Of a stretch of DNA of 64,000 nt, positions 32,286 to 42,100 are shown in pieces. The notes beneath the pieces are model-generated. The model was given only the letters and a program-made list of their open reading frames with translations. It had not been told where the DNA came from and ran no database searches. This stretch comes from Myxococcales bacterium (GTDB lineage Bacteria; Myxococcota; Myxococcia; Myxococcales; 40CM-4-68-19). Within the stretch, counting starts at the first letter, position 1; each line of letters starts with the position of its first letter. The DNA lies in assembly GCA_038231075.1 (NCBI GenBank), contig JBBRMA010000015.1:35904-99903 (forward strand), written 5' to 3'. A program made the position numbers and the translations under genes.

Positions 32286-34388
32286 ATGAGAGCCTTCCGA
32301 GTCAGCCTCTGCGCCTGCCTCTCCCTGCTCGGCCTCGAGCTCTCCGGCGGCGCCCGCTCCGCGCCCGAGGAGCCGGCCCGCACCGCCATCTTCGCCGCCA
32401 GGACCGGGCTGGCCGACGGCTGGAAGGACCTGGGCTGGGCGCCGCGGACCACAGGGCCAGGCGGAGAGGCCAGCCTCGACTTCGCCGGTCACGGCGGCTG
32501 GCTCTTGATGCGGCCGGGCCTCGCCGGCACCTTCGGCTTCCTCACCGTCAGGCTCCGCGCGCCCGCCTCGTTCGGCGCCTTTCTCGAGGTCGGCCTCGAC
32601 TCCGCGGGCGTCGATCGCTTTCCGCGCGTGCTCCTCGAGCCTGCAGCGGGGCGCAAGGCGCCGGCGGGGTTCAGCGAGTTCCGCGTGCCCATGCGCGAGC
32701 TGAACCCGAGGGGCGCGCACTTCGATCGCGTGCTCTTCGCCGCCCACGGCGCCGTGGGCCACGAGGCGGTGCTGCTCGACGAGATCGCGCTCCTCGAGGA
32801 GGACCCCGGAGCGTCCGCGGCTGCCGCGCCTTCGCGGGCCGTGACCATGAGCATCGACTGCTCAGCCCCAGCTCACCACATCAGCCCGCTCATCTACGGC
32901 ACCGCCAACGGCGAGGGCGCCTGGTGGGAGCTCGGCACGACCGCGCGCCGCTGGGGAGGCAATCCCAACACCCGCTACAATTGGGAGCAGGGCCACGCCT
33001 GGAATGCGGGCAGCGACTGGTTCTTCCGCAACGTGAACTATGGCGATCAGAAGGGGGCGGCCTACGAGGACTGGCTGGCCGACAACCGCGCCCACGGCGT
33101 CAGCTCTGCGCTGACGGTGCCGACCATCGGCTGGGTCGCCAAGGACAGCACCTCGTACTCCTTCCCCGTCTCGGTCTTCGGGCCGCAGGCGGCGGTCGCT
33201 CCGGAGGACCGCGACATCGGCAACGGCAAGGCGCCCGACGGAACGCTCCTGGCGCCGCTGGACCCGAAGCGCACCAGCGTGCCGGCGCCGCCCGAGTTCA
33301 TCGGCCGCTGGCTCGCCGCCATCCGCGCCAAGGACAAGTCGCGCGGGCGGAGCGTGCACGAGTACATCCTCGACAACGAGCCGACGCTCTGGGACACGAC
33401 CCACCGCGACGTGCATCCCGAGCCGGTCACCTACGACGAGCTGCTCGAGCGCACCATCCGCTACGGCACGGCGGTGCGGAAGGCCGACCCGGAGGCCTTG
33501 ATCGCGGGTCCCGCGGCCTGGGGCTGGACCGCGTACTTCTTCTCCGCCGCCGACGTCACGGGCAGAAAGCTCCACCTGGATCGCATCTCGCACGGCAACA
33601 AGCCGCTCCTTCCCTGGTGGCTGGCCAAGGTGCGCGAGCACGAGAAGCGGACCGGCGTGCGCCTCCTCGACGTGCTCGACGTCCACTTCTATCCCCAGGC
33701 GGCAGGCATCGGCATCGGCTCCTCCGGCAGCACCGACCCGGCCCTGGCGGCGCTCCGCATCCGCAGCACCCGCGCCCTCTGGGATCCGACCTACGCGGAC
33801 GAGTCCTGGATCGGCGAGACGCCCCGGCTGATTCCGCGGCTGCGCGAATGGGTGGCCGAGAACGCCCCGGGCCTCGGCATCTCCATCGGCGAGTACAACT
33901 TCGGCGCCGAGGGGCACATGAGCGGCGGGCTCGCGCTCGCCGAGGCACTGGGCCGCTTTGGGGAGCAGCGCCTCTCCTCGGCCTTCTACTGGACGTCCCC
34001 AGCCAAGGACACGCCCGCGTTCTGGGCGTTCCGGGCCTTTCGCAACTTCGACGGCAAAGGGGGACGCTTCCTCGACGAGTCGCTGCGCGCCCGCTCGGCC
34101 GGCGCCCTGGCGTCGATCTTTGCCTCGCGCGACCCCAGCGGCAAGCACCTGGTGGCGCTGCTGCTCAACTTCGACCCGTCGCTGGCGGCACAGGTCGAGC
34201 TCGAGCTCACCGGCTGCGGCACGATCAAGTCGCGGCGGGTCCTTTCCTACAGCGGGGGAAACGGCTTCCGCCCACTCGCGGCCACGGCGCACCGGGCCGG
34301 GCGGCCGCTCGGGCAGAGGCTGCCGCCGTACTCCATCACGGTGCTGGATCTGACGGTGGAGCCGGCCGCCGGCGCGGGCGGCAGATGA
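32286..34388 (+). CDS. secreted glycoside hydrolase family 44-like enzyme with N-terminal extra domain
   Basis: 700 aa with a signal peptide. 'RWGGNPNTRYNW', 'YILDNEPTLW' (acid/base NEP) and 'ISIGEYNFG' (nucleophile) resemble GH44 endoglucanase/xyloglucanase blocks. Confidence 0.75.
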   Translation: MRAFRVSLCACLSLLGLELSGGARSAPEEPARTAIFAARTGLADGWKDLGWAPRTTGPGGEASLDFAGHGGWLLMRPGLAGTFGFLTVRLRAPASFGAFLEVGLDSAGVDRFPRVLLEPAAGRKAPAGFSEFRVPMRELNPRGAHFDRVLFAAHGAVGHEAVLLDEIALLEEDPGASAAAAPSRAVTMSIDCSAPAHHISPLIYGTANGEGAWWELGTTARRWGGNPNTRYNWEQGHAWNAGSDWFFRNVNYGDQKGAAYEDWLADNRAHGVSSALTVPTIGWVAKDSTSYSFPVSVFGPQAAVAPEDRDIGNGKAPDGTLLAPLDPKRTSVPAPPEFIGRWLAAIRAKDKSRGRSVHEYILDNEPTLWDTTHRDVHPEPVTYDELLERTIRYGTAVRKADPEALIAGPAAWGWTAYFFSAADVTGRKLHLDRISHGNKPLLPWWLAKVREHEKRTGVRLLDVLDVHFYPQAAGIGIGSSGSTDPALAALRIRSTRALWDPTYADESWIGETPRLIPRLREWVAENAPGLGISIGEYNFGAEGHMSGGLALAEALGRFGEQRLSSAFYWTSPAKDTPAFWAFRAFRNFDGKGGRFLDESLRARSAGALASIFASRDPSGKHLVALLLNFDPSLAAQVELELTGCGTIKSRRVLSYSGGNGFRPLAATAHRAGRPLGQRLPPYSITVLDLTVEPAAGAGGR

Positions 34389-35614
34389 AGATCCTCTTCG
34401 TCACGCCCTATCTCCCAAGCCCGCCCGGGTTTGGGGGACAGCGGCGAATGCACGGGCTGATGGGCGGGCTGGCGCGCGACCACGAGGTCTCGCTGATCTC
34501 GCTGGTCAACCCGCAGGCCGACCTCGACAGCTCCCTGCGCGCGACTCGCGAGTACTGCCGGGAAGTGGTGGTGGTGGAGAACCCTCCCTTCGCGCTCTCC
34601 CTGCGCGGCAAGCGGCTCTTGCAGCTGCGCTCGCTCGCGTCCCGGCGCAGCTTCGAGTGGCACAGCTACGTGCAGCCGCGGCTGCAGTCCGAGCTGCGGC
34701 GGCTCTTGGCGCGCGAGCGCTGGGACGTGGTCAACGTCGAGTTCGCCCAGATGGCCCCCTACCGGGCGGGGCTTGGCGGCAAGCTCGGGCCCGGGGCGCC
34801 GCTCTTCGTCCTCGACGAGCACAACATCGAGTACGAGATCCTCCGCCGCACCGCCGAGCACGAGGTGGGGCCGGTGCGCCGCGTGTTCAACCAGGTGAAC
34901 TGGCGAAAGCTGCACGCCGAGGAGCTCCGCGCCTGGCGGCTCTTCGACGGCTGCACGGTCACCTCGGCAAACGACGAGGCGCTCCTGCACGAGGGCCGCC
35001 CAAAGGCGCGCACCGCGGTCGTCCCGAACGCGGTGGACCTCGACCATTTCCAGCACGGCAGCACGGCGCGCGAGCCCGACACGCTGCTCTTCTTCGGCGC
35101 GATGAACTACTTCCCCAACTCGGACGGCCTCGCCTTTTTCCTCAAGGAGGTGTTTCCGCTGGTGTTGGCGCGGCGGCCCTCCGTCAAGCTGCGCGTGGTG
35201 GGTCACACGCCCGACCACGTCTGGCCGCTCAAGAGCGCAAGCGTGGACATCGTCGGATTCGTCCCCGACGTGCGGCCCTACATCGAGCGGGCCGCGGTGG
35301 CCATCGTCCCGCTGCGGGTCGGGGGCGGCACGCGGCTCAAGATCCTCGAGGCAATGGCGATGGGAAAGGCCGTCGTCTCCACCAGCCTGGGAGCGGAAGG
35401 CATCGAGGCCCAAAGCGGGCGCGACCTGCTGCTCGCCGATGGTCCCGAGGCCTTCGCCGCCGCGGTCGTCCGGGTGCTGGAGGACCCGGCCCTGGCGGAC
35501 CGGCTGGGCGCGGCCGCGCGGCGCCTGGTCGAGGAGCGCTACGGCTGGCCGGCCGCAGTGCGCAAGCTGGAGGCGTTCTACCAGTCGCTGGGGGGGCTCG
35601 GGCCAAAGGTCTGA
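34385..35614 (+). CDS. GT4 (GT-B fold) glycosyltransferase
   Basis: 409 aa. The ATG at 34385 overlaps the GH44 stop (ATGA). 'MKILFVTPYLPSPPGFGG' and 'GGGTRLKILEAMAMGKAVVST' are GT4-like. Confidence 0.85.
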   Translation: MKILFVTPYLPSPPGFGGQRRMHGLMGGLARDHEVSLISLVNPQADLDSSLRATREYCREVVVVENPPFALSLRGKRLLQLRSLASRRSFEWHSYVQPRLQSELRRLLARERWDVVNVEFAQMAPYRAGLGGKLGPGAPLFVLDEHNIEYEILRRTAEHEVGPVRRVFNQVNWRKLHAEELRAWRLFDGCTVTSANDEALLHEGRPKARTAVVPNAVDLDHFQHGSTAREPDTLLFFGAMNYFPNSDGLAFFLKEVFPLVLARRPSVKLRVVGHTPDHVWPLKSASVDIVGFVPDVRPYIERAAVAIVPLRVGGGTRLKILEAMAMGKAVVSTSLGAEGIEAQSGRDLLLADGPEAFAAAVVRVLEDPALADRLGAAARRLVEERYGWPAAVRKLEAFYQSLGGLGPKV

Positions 35615-35712
35615 GCCGCGCCCTCCCGCCCTCGTTGCACGCTGCGCGACAATCGGATGACGAGGGCCGCGATGGCAAGGCCACCGCGCAATCTCCATGA
35701 TATTCTTCATCG

Positions 35713-36225
35713 GTGACACTGCTCGAGGAGCTGAGCTCCAGCTGGAAGCTCAGGCGCTGCGCCTCCGTCGGACCTGGCGCCCGGGCGACGGGGCTGATCT
35801 GGATCCACGGGCCGGGAGTGGTGCAATTGGGTGCCCGGGTCGTGCTCGACGCCTCGCGCGCGCCCATCCAGCTGAAGACCTTCACCCCCGAGTCGCGCAT
35901 CATCCTCGGCGACGACGTGGTGGTCGAATCGGGCACCTCGATCGAGGCGGTGCTCTCGGTAGAGGTCGGGGCCCGCACGCGGCTCGGCTGCTTCTCCAAG
36001 CTGATGGACAACAACTTCCACCCGCTGACCGGCAATCGCCTCGAGCGCCCGCCCTCGGCGCCGGTGCTGATCGGCGAAGACGTCGAGATCGGCGTGCGCG
36101 CCATCCTGCTCGCGGGCGCGCACGTGGGAAGCGGCGCCACGGTCCGCGCCGGCACGGTCATCACCCGCCGGCTGCGCGTGCCCGAGCGCGGCATCGCCCA
36201 GGGCCTGCCCGCGGTGCTGCGGTGA
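35713..36225 (+). CDS. left-handed beta-helix (hexapeptide-repeat) acyltransferase 1
   Basis: 170 aa with a GTG start. Hexapeptide-like periodicity is seen in 'IILGDDVVVESGTSIEA', 'VLIGEDVEIGVRAILLAGAHVGSGATVRAGTVI'. Confidence 0.7.
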   Translation: MTLLEELSSSWKLRRCASVGPGARATGLIWIHGPGVVQLGARVVLDASRAPIQLKTFTPESRIILGDDVVVESGTSIEAVLSVEVGARTRLGCFSKLMDNNFHPLTGNRLERPPSAPVLIGEDVEIGVRAILLAGAHVGSGATVRAGTVITRRLRVPERGIAQGLPAVLR

Positions 36226-36833
36226 ACGAGCTCGCGCGCTTCTTCCGGCTCATCGCCACCGACCGGGGCGCGGCCCTCACCCGGTTGCAGCGCGGCATCG
36301 GCGTGCTGCGCGCGCGCTGGCTGTTCCGCCGCTGCGAGATCGGCGAGCGCGTCAACGTGCTCTCGGGCGTGCGCGTGCTTGCCGAGGGCAAGGTGCGGCT
36401 CGGCAATCGGGTCCAGTTCTGGGAGGGAATGATCCCGCAGGAGCTGCTCTGTTTCGAGGGCGCCGAGCTGACCGTCGGCGACGCATCGCTCTTCAACTAC
36501 GGCGTCTCCATCCGTGCGGTGCAGAGCGTGCGGATTGGCGCCCGCTGCATGTTCGGCTCCTTCGTCCACGTGCACGACCACAACGGCAAGAAGGGCGCGC
36601 CCATCGTCATCGGTGACGATGTCTGGATCGCGCACGGCGCCATCGTCGAGCCCGGCGTCACCATCGGCGACGGCTCGGTGGTGTCGGCCGGCAGCGTGGT
36701 CGTCGACGATGTTCCGGCGGGCTCGCTGGCGGTCGGCAATCCCGCGCGCTGCACCGAGTTGGTGGCCGACCCACGCGGACGCGCGCAGCACGAGGTGATG
36801 TCCGGCCCTGCGCAGGCGCAGACCAAGGGCTGA
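36222..36833 (+). CDS. left-handed beta-helix (hexapeptide-repeat) acyltransferase 2
   Basis: 203 aa. The GTG at 36222 overlaps the upstream stop (GTGA). 'IVIGDDVWIAHGAIVEPGVTIGDGSVVSAGSVVVDDVPAGSLAVGNPA' is a classic LbH acetyltransferase C-terminus. Confidence 0.75.
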   Translation: MNELARFFRLIATDRGAALTRLQRGIGVLRARWLFRRCEIGERVNVLSGVRVLAEGKVRLGNRVQFWEGMIPQELLCFEGAELTVGDASLFNYGVSIRAVQSVRIGARCMFGSFVHVHDHNGKKGAPIVIGDDVWIAHGAIVEPGVTIGDGSVVSAGSVVVDDVPAGSLAVGNPARCTELVADPRGRAQHEVMSGPAQAQTKG

Positions 36834-36904
36834 CCGGCGCGGCTGCTTGCGTAAAGATTGGCCACCCTGCATCCTTCGCGTAACTGCAAGCCGGGAAGGA
36901 CGCG

Positions 36905-39109
36905 ATGTCTCGAGGATGCTCTGCGGCCCTGGTCCTGGTCGCGCTTGGCGGCGGCCTCGCATCGTGCAAGTCGAATGGCTCGAGCTGCCAGGCGACGCTG
37001 ACGCTGAGCACGCCGGGCATCGGCCCGGGGCAGTCGGCGCAGCTCACGGCGCTCTTTTCCGGAGGCAGCGGCACGGTCACGCCCGACGTGGGCCCGGTGA
37101 AGAGCGGCGTCGCGGTCGCCGTCCAGCCCGCGGCCACCACCACGTATTCGCTCGCTGTCAGCGGCTGCCCGGGGTCCCAGACGACGACCCTGACGGTGCT
37201 CACCGGCCTGCCCGCGGCGCCGGCGCTGGTCAACCTCGCCGCAGCCATGCACGGCGACACCGCTCACCTCTCCTTCGAGCCAGTGAGCGGCGCGCTCGAC
37301 TACCGCGTCTTCGTAGCGCCGCAGACCACCGACCTCGCCGCGCAGGCGGACGGCGGCGTCGGCATCCGCAACGCCACCTATCGCTGCTCGGGCGATCGCG
37401 AAGCTCCGACGGTGCCCACCGACGGCGAGCCGCAGGTCGGGGGCGGCGCCGTGCTGACCTACGTGGCCCACAGGGTTGCCGGGTTCGCGAGATCGGCTGC
37501 CGACGCGATCCTCGGCCATGTCTACCTGGCCCCCGCGGCTGGCCTGTCGCCGGTCTGGGCCATGGGCGATCCGAGCTCCGACGGCGACAATCCCTGCTTC
37601 TTCCAGCGCTGGACCGAGAGCCGCGCCAAGCGCTACGTGAGCACCGCCGCCGATCACGCCGCCCTGCTGGCGGCCGGCTGGCGCGACGATGGCATCGCCT
37701 TCTACGTTCCGGCGGCCGGCGCGGGAACCATCTTGATCTCGACTGCGCTCACCACCGACCAGCCCTCGGCGAGGCTCTACTTCGCCCCAGGCGCCGAAGA
37801 AGACGCCCGCGCCAGCCTCGCGCCAACGCCAGCGTTCTCGGTCCTCGCCAGCGCCGCCGACGGCACGGCTCCGCTGTACCGGGTCTTCTACCAAAACGGT
37901 TGCGGCCGCAGCCACGACGAGCTGGTGGCGGGCGGCGCACGCTTCGCGCGCGCCGTCCATCAGGGCCTGACGCCCATTCCTGCGCTGCACTGGGCGGGGC
38001 TGACCGCTCCGACCACGCTGGTCGTCGAGGCGCTCGACCAGGGCTGCCCGTTCCAGGGGCTGGTCTCGCCTCGGCCGGTCGACGGAGGGTGCGTCGACTC
38101 GCCGCCCGTCTGCCACCAGGAGTTCGCGTCGCTTGATCGCTTGCGCGCCGGGGACCCGCTCGGCGAGGTCTTCGTCGGCGGCCAGCACGACGCCGCCAAC
38201 CGGCCTCGAGCCCTCGCCCGCTCTTTCGTCCAGGTGTCGCCGGCACCGCTCGAGCCGATGGATTTCTCCGACGACTTTGCTCCCGACGGCGGCACCATCC
38301 TGCCGATGACCCCGACGGGACATCCTCCCTTCCAGAGCCTGCGCTTCGACACGCCCGCCTACGACGTGACCGCGTACTCCATCGACACGCCCTACTTCGC
38401 GCTCGGCCCCTTGCTGGGAGAGCTCTGGGTCACCTACGGGGATTGGGCCGCGGACACCAACGGCAAGCTTCGCTTGACGCCGAAGCGCAAGGCCACGCTC
38501 TCCGCCGGCAGCTTCCTGCACGTGATGGAAGAGGTGGACATCGTCAGCAGCAACCGGCGCTATCCGCAGATCCTCATCAGCGACCGCGACGCGCCCGTGC
38601 AAGAGAGCCTGCCCGCCGGCTCGACGCTGGTGCTGCAGACCTTCGGCGACTGGCCTACGCGCATCGACCTGGAGATGTGCGATCACCGGACCTGGGACGT
38701 GAACAACCAATGTCCCCGCTTCTACATCGACAAGCTGGCCAGCGATCCGTTCGGCAAGGACCCGCTGCCGCCGCATGCCGAGGTGGGCGACAAGTCGGGC
38801 GTCGATCGCCGGGTGCGGCTCGACCTCTACGTGTCCACCGCTCGCGCGTACATCTTCCTCGACAACGAGCCCTGGGCTTGCGCCAACCTGCCCGCCAGCG
38901 GGGGAATGCCCGCCGGCCCGGTGACCGTCACCTTCGGCGACGTGCTCTACCACTCGGGCGTCGACGTCCCGAACCCGCCGTACGTGTTTCACTCAGCGCA
39001 CATGCGCACCGAGACCTCGCGCCACTTCGACGCGCTCGGCTTCAAGAGCGGCGTGCCCGCGCCAGCCTGGGACGAGACGCGCCTTCCCTGCGCCTCGAGC
39101 TTCAAGTGA
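36905..39109 (+). CDS. 734-aa lipoprotein of unknown function
   Basis: Lipobox 'GGLASC'. The N-terminal ~110 aa look Ig/FN3-like ('TTTYSLAVSG', 'LDYRVFVAP'). I recognise no family in the remaining ~600 aa. The composition is protein-like (W, Y, F, D and several Cys), unlike the antisense 831-aa shadow ORF. Confidence 0.7.
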   Translation: MSRGCSAALVLVALGGGLASCKSNGSSCQATLTLSTPGIGPGQSAQLTALFSGGSGTVTPDVGPVKSGVAVAVQPAATTTYSLAVSGCPGSQTTTLTVLTGLPAAPALVNLAAAMHGDTAHLSFEPVSGALDYRVFVAPQTTDLAAQADGGVGIRNATYRCSGDREAPTVPTDGEPQVGGGAVLTYVAHRVAGFARSAADAILGHVYLAPAAGLSPVWAMGDPSSDGDNPCFFQRWTESRAKRYVSTAADHAALLAAGWRDDGIAFYVPAAGAGTILISTALTTDQPSARLYFAPGAEEDARASLAPTPAFSVLASAADGTAPLYRVFYQNGCGRSHDELVAGGARFARAVHQGLTPIPALHWAGLTAPTTLVVEALDQGCPFQGLVSPRPVDGGCVDSPPVCHQEFASLDRLRAGDPLGEVFVGGQHDAANRPRALARSFVQVSPAPLEPMDFSDDFAPDGGTILPMTPTGHPPFQSLRFDTPAYDVTAYSIDTPYFALGPLLGELWVTYGDWAADTNGKLRLTPKRKATLSAGSFLHVMEEVDIVSSNRRYPQILISDRDAPVQESLPAGSTLVLQTFGDWPTRIDLEMCDHRTWDVNNQCPRFYIDKLASDPFGKDPLPPHAEVGDKSGVDRRVRLDLYVSTARAYIFLDNEPWACANLPASGGMPAGPVTVTFGDVLYHSGVDVPNPPYVFHSAHMRTETSRHFDALGFKSGVPAPAWDETRLPCASSFK

Positions 39110-39112
39110 CCG

Positions 39113-42100
39113 CTACTGCGCGGTGCCCACGAAGGTCGTGACGCTGGTCGCCGGCAGCGTCGCGCTGAAGCGGCCGCCGGTGGGCGTGAGGGCGGTCTGG
39201 GCAGCGAGGTTGAGCGTGGCCGAAGTGGTCCAGGGCGTGAGCGCGGCCGCGGAGGCGCCGCTGATCTGCAGCGCGAAGGGCACGGCCGCTGCGGTGGTGT
39301 TGATGGCGACCACGGCCAGCGCTCCCGAGACGGGGTCCCGATAGGCGGAGAGCGAGACACCGGTGGGCCCGCCGGTGGTGCCCAGCCGGACGAACCCGGG
39401 GCGGATGAACTTGCTGAAGTTGCCCATCGTGTAGAGCCGCTTGGTGATCACGCCGCCCTTGTTGAGGAGGCCCTCGTTGTCGTTGTTGAGCCCGATCAGC
39501 CACCAGTAGTGCCAGGCGCTGGCGCCGCCGGTGACCAGGGCCGAGTGGATCCAGCCGGCGACCGTGATGCCGTTGTTGATGTCGGTGCTGGGGCCGTCGA
39601 AGGAGGAGACCTCGGTCTCCCAGAGCGGGATGTTGGCCGGCAGCACGTGCGCCGGAACGTTGGCGTAGATGTCGTATTGGTGCGTGGCGAGGATGTCGAG
39701 GTAGCTGAGCGCCGTGGCGTCGTTGATGATGGTGTCGGCGTAGTCGTAGCCGCCGCCCCAGAGGTGCAGCCAGCCGGAGGACTCGGCGGCCATCAGCTTG
39801 GGCCGCGGATTGAGCGCCGCCAGCTTGGGCCCCAGCACCTTGATGAAGTCGCGCATCTGGGTGCCGGAGTAGAGGCACATCGCGTAGCCGCCGTTGGTGT
39901 TGAAGTCGGGCTCGTTCTGCGCCGAGATGCCGTAGAGAGCGACGCCGCTGGCCTTGGCGGTGTTGACCGCGTTGACCAGGGAGTTGGCCCAGTCGCCGTA
40001 GTGGGCCACGAGCAGCGAGCCTGTGTTCTCGTTGTTGGTGTCCTTGTACGACGGCAGCGGAGACCAGGGCGCGCCCCAGACGATGGCGCCGCGGGCGATG
40101 GCCTTCTTCGCGTCCGACATCGCCGAGCCGGCGCTGCCGTCGAGGAAGCTGCCATTGTCGGCGATGCCGATGCGAAGGATGGAGAGCCCGATTCCGGCGG
40201 TGGGGCTGAAGAACAGGTCGGCCTGGGCGTCGGAGAGCGCGGCGCTCCAGATGTCGGCGGCGCCGAAGCCGTCCATCTTCTGCTTGACGCTGGCGATGTT
40301 CACCACCAGGTCGGTGGCCGCCGAGACGGTGATGACGGCGGTGTCGGTCTTGGTGTTGTCGGCGTGGCTGGTGGCGACCACGTGATAGGTGCCCGCCGAG
40401 GAGGGCGCGGTGTACGCGCCTGCAGTGACGCTCCCGCCGGCGGCGCCCTCGGTCACCGACCAGGTGCACACCGTGTCGATCGAGCCGGTCACCGTGCAGG
40501 TGAAGGTCTGGGTGCCGGCAGTGGTGAGCAGCGCCGTTTTCGGGCTGATGGTGATCGCGACAGGAGGCGGGGCGCTGACGGTGACCGTGGAGCTTGCGCT
40601 CTTGGTCGGGTCGGCGTGGCTGGTGGCGATGACGTGGAAGGTGCCAGCGACCGCAGGGGCCGTGTAGCTGCCGGAGCCGTTGATGGCGCCGCCCGCCGCT
40701 CCCTCTTGCACCGACCAGGTGCAAACCGTGTCGGCCGACCCGGTCACCGTGCAGGTGAACAGCTGCCCGGCGTTGGTCAGCAGGGCGACGGGCTTCGGGC
40801 TGATGGTGACCGCGACGCTCGTCACCGTGACCGTGGCGGTGTCGCTCTTGGTCGGATCCGCGTGGCTGGTGGCGATGACGTGATAGGTCCCCGCGGCCGC
40901 AGGCGCGGTGTACGCGCCGGCGCTGACGGTGCCGCCGGCGGCGCCCTCCTGCAGCGACCAGTTGCACGACGTGTCGGCAGAGCCGGTCACCGAGCAGGTG
41001 AACGCCTGCGCGGCACCGGTGATCAGCGAGACGCTCTTCGGGCTGATGGTGATGGCGACCGGCACGACCACGCCGATGGTGGCGGTGTCGCTCTTGGAGG
41101 GGTCGGCGTGGCTGGTGGCGACGACGTGATAGGTGCCGGCCACTGCGGGCGCGGTGTAGCTTCCGCTGCCGCTGACGGTTCCGCCCGCGGCGCCTTCCTG
41201 CACCGACCACGTGCAGGCCGTGTCGGCCGAGCCGGTCACCGCGCAGGTGAAGGCCTGCCCGGCGCCCGTGAACACCGAGACGTTCTTCGGATTGATGGTG
41301 ACCGCGACGGCCGACACCGTGACGGTGGCGGTGTCGCTCTTGGTCGGGTCGGCGCGGCTGGTCGCGACCACGTGGTAGGTGCCCGGAGTCGCCGGCGCGG
41401 TGTAGCCGCCGTTGGCGCCGATGGCGCCGCCCCCCGCACCTTCCTGCACCGCCCAGGTGCAGACCGTGTCGGCCGAGCCGGTCACCGTGCAGGCGAAGAG
41501 CTGCGCCGCACCCGTGATCAGCGAGGGGCTCTTTGGTGACACGGCCACCGAGACGCTGGTCACCGTCACCGTCGCGACGTCGGTCTTGGTCGGATCGGCG
41601 TGGCTGGTGGCCACGACGTGATAGGTGCCGGCGATTGCGGGAGCGGTGTACGCGCCGGTGCCGCTGACGGTCCCGCCCGAGGCGCCTTCCTGCACCGCCC
41701 AGCCGCAGGCCGTGTCGGCCGAGCCGCTCACCGTGCAGGTGAAGGCCTGCGCGGCGTTGGTGATCAACGAGACGGTCTTCGGACTGACGGCGATGAGGAG
41801 GGTTGCGACCGTGACGGTGGCGGTGTCGCTCTTGGTCGGGTCGGCGTGGCTGGTGGCGACGACGTGATAGGTGCCGGCCACTCCTGGCGCGGTGTAGCTG
41901 CCCGTGCCGTTGACGGTGCCACCCGCGGCGCCTTCCTGTACCGACCAGGTGCAAGCCGTGTCGGCCGAGCCGGTCACCGTGCAGGTGAACGCCTGCGCGC
42001 CGCTGGTCAGCAAGGAGACGGACTTCGGGCCCACCGCGACCGCGACGGTGGTCACGGTGACCGTAGCGGTGTCGCTCTTGGTCGGGTCGGCGTGGCTGGT

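Noticed and set aside
36497-38992. 831-aa minus-strand ORF antisense to the second LbH gene and the 734-aa lipoprotein
   Set aside because: It is Arg/Gly/Ala/Asp-rich without signal or motifs. The plus frame has a lipobox and a balanced composition. Some uncertainty remains, because the plus-strand protein has no recognised family.
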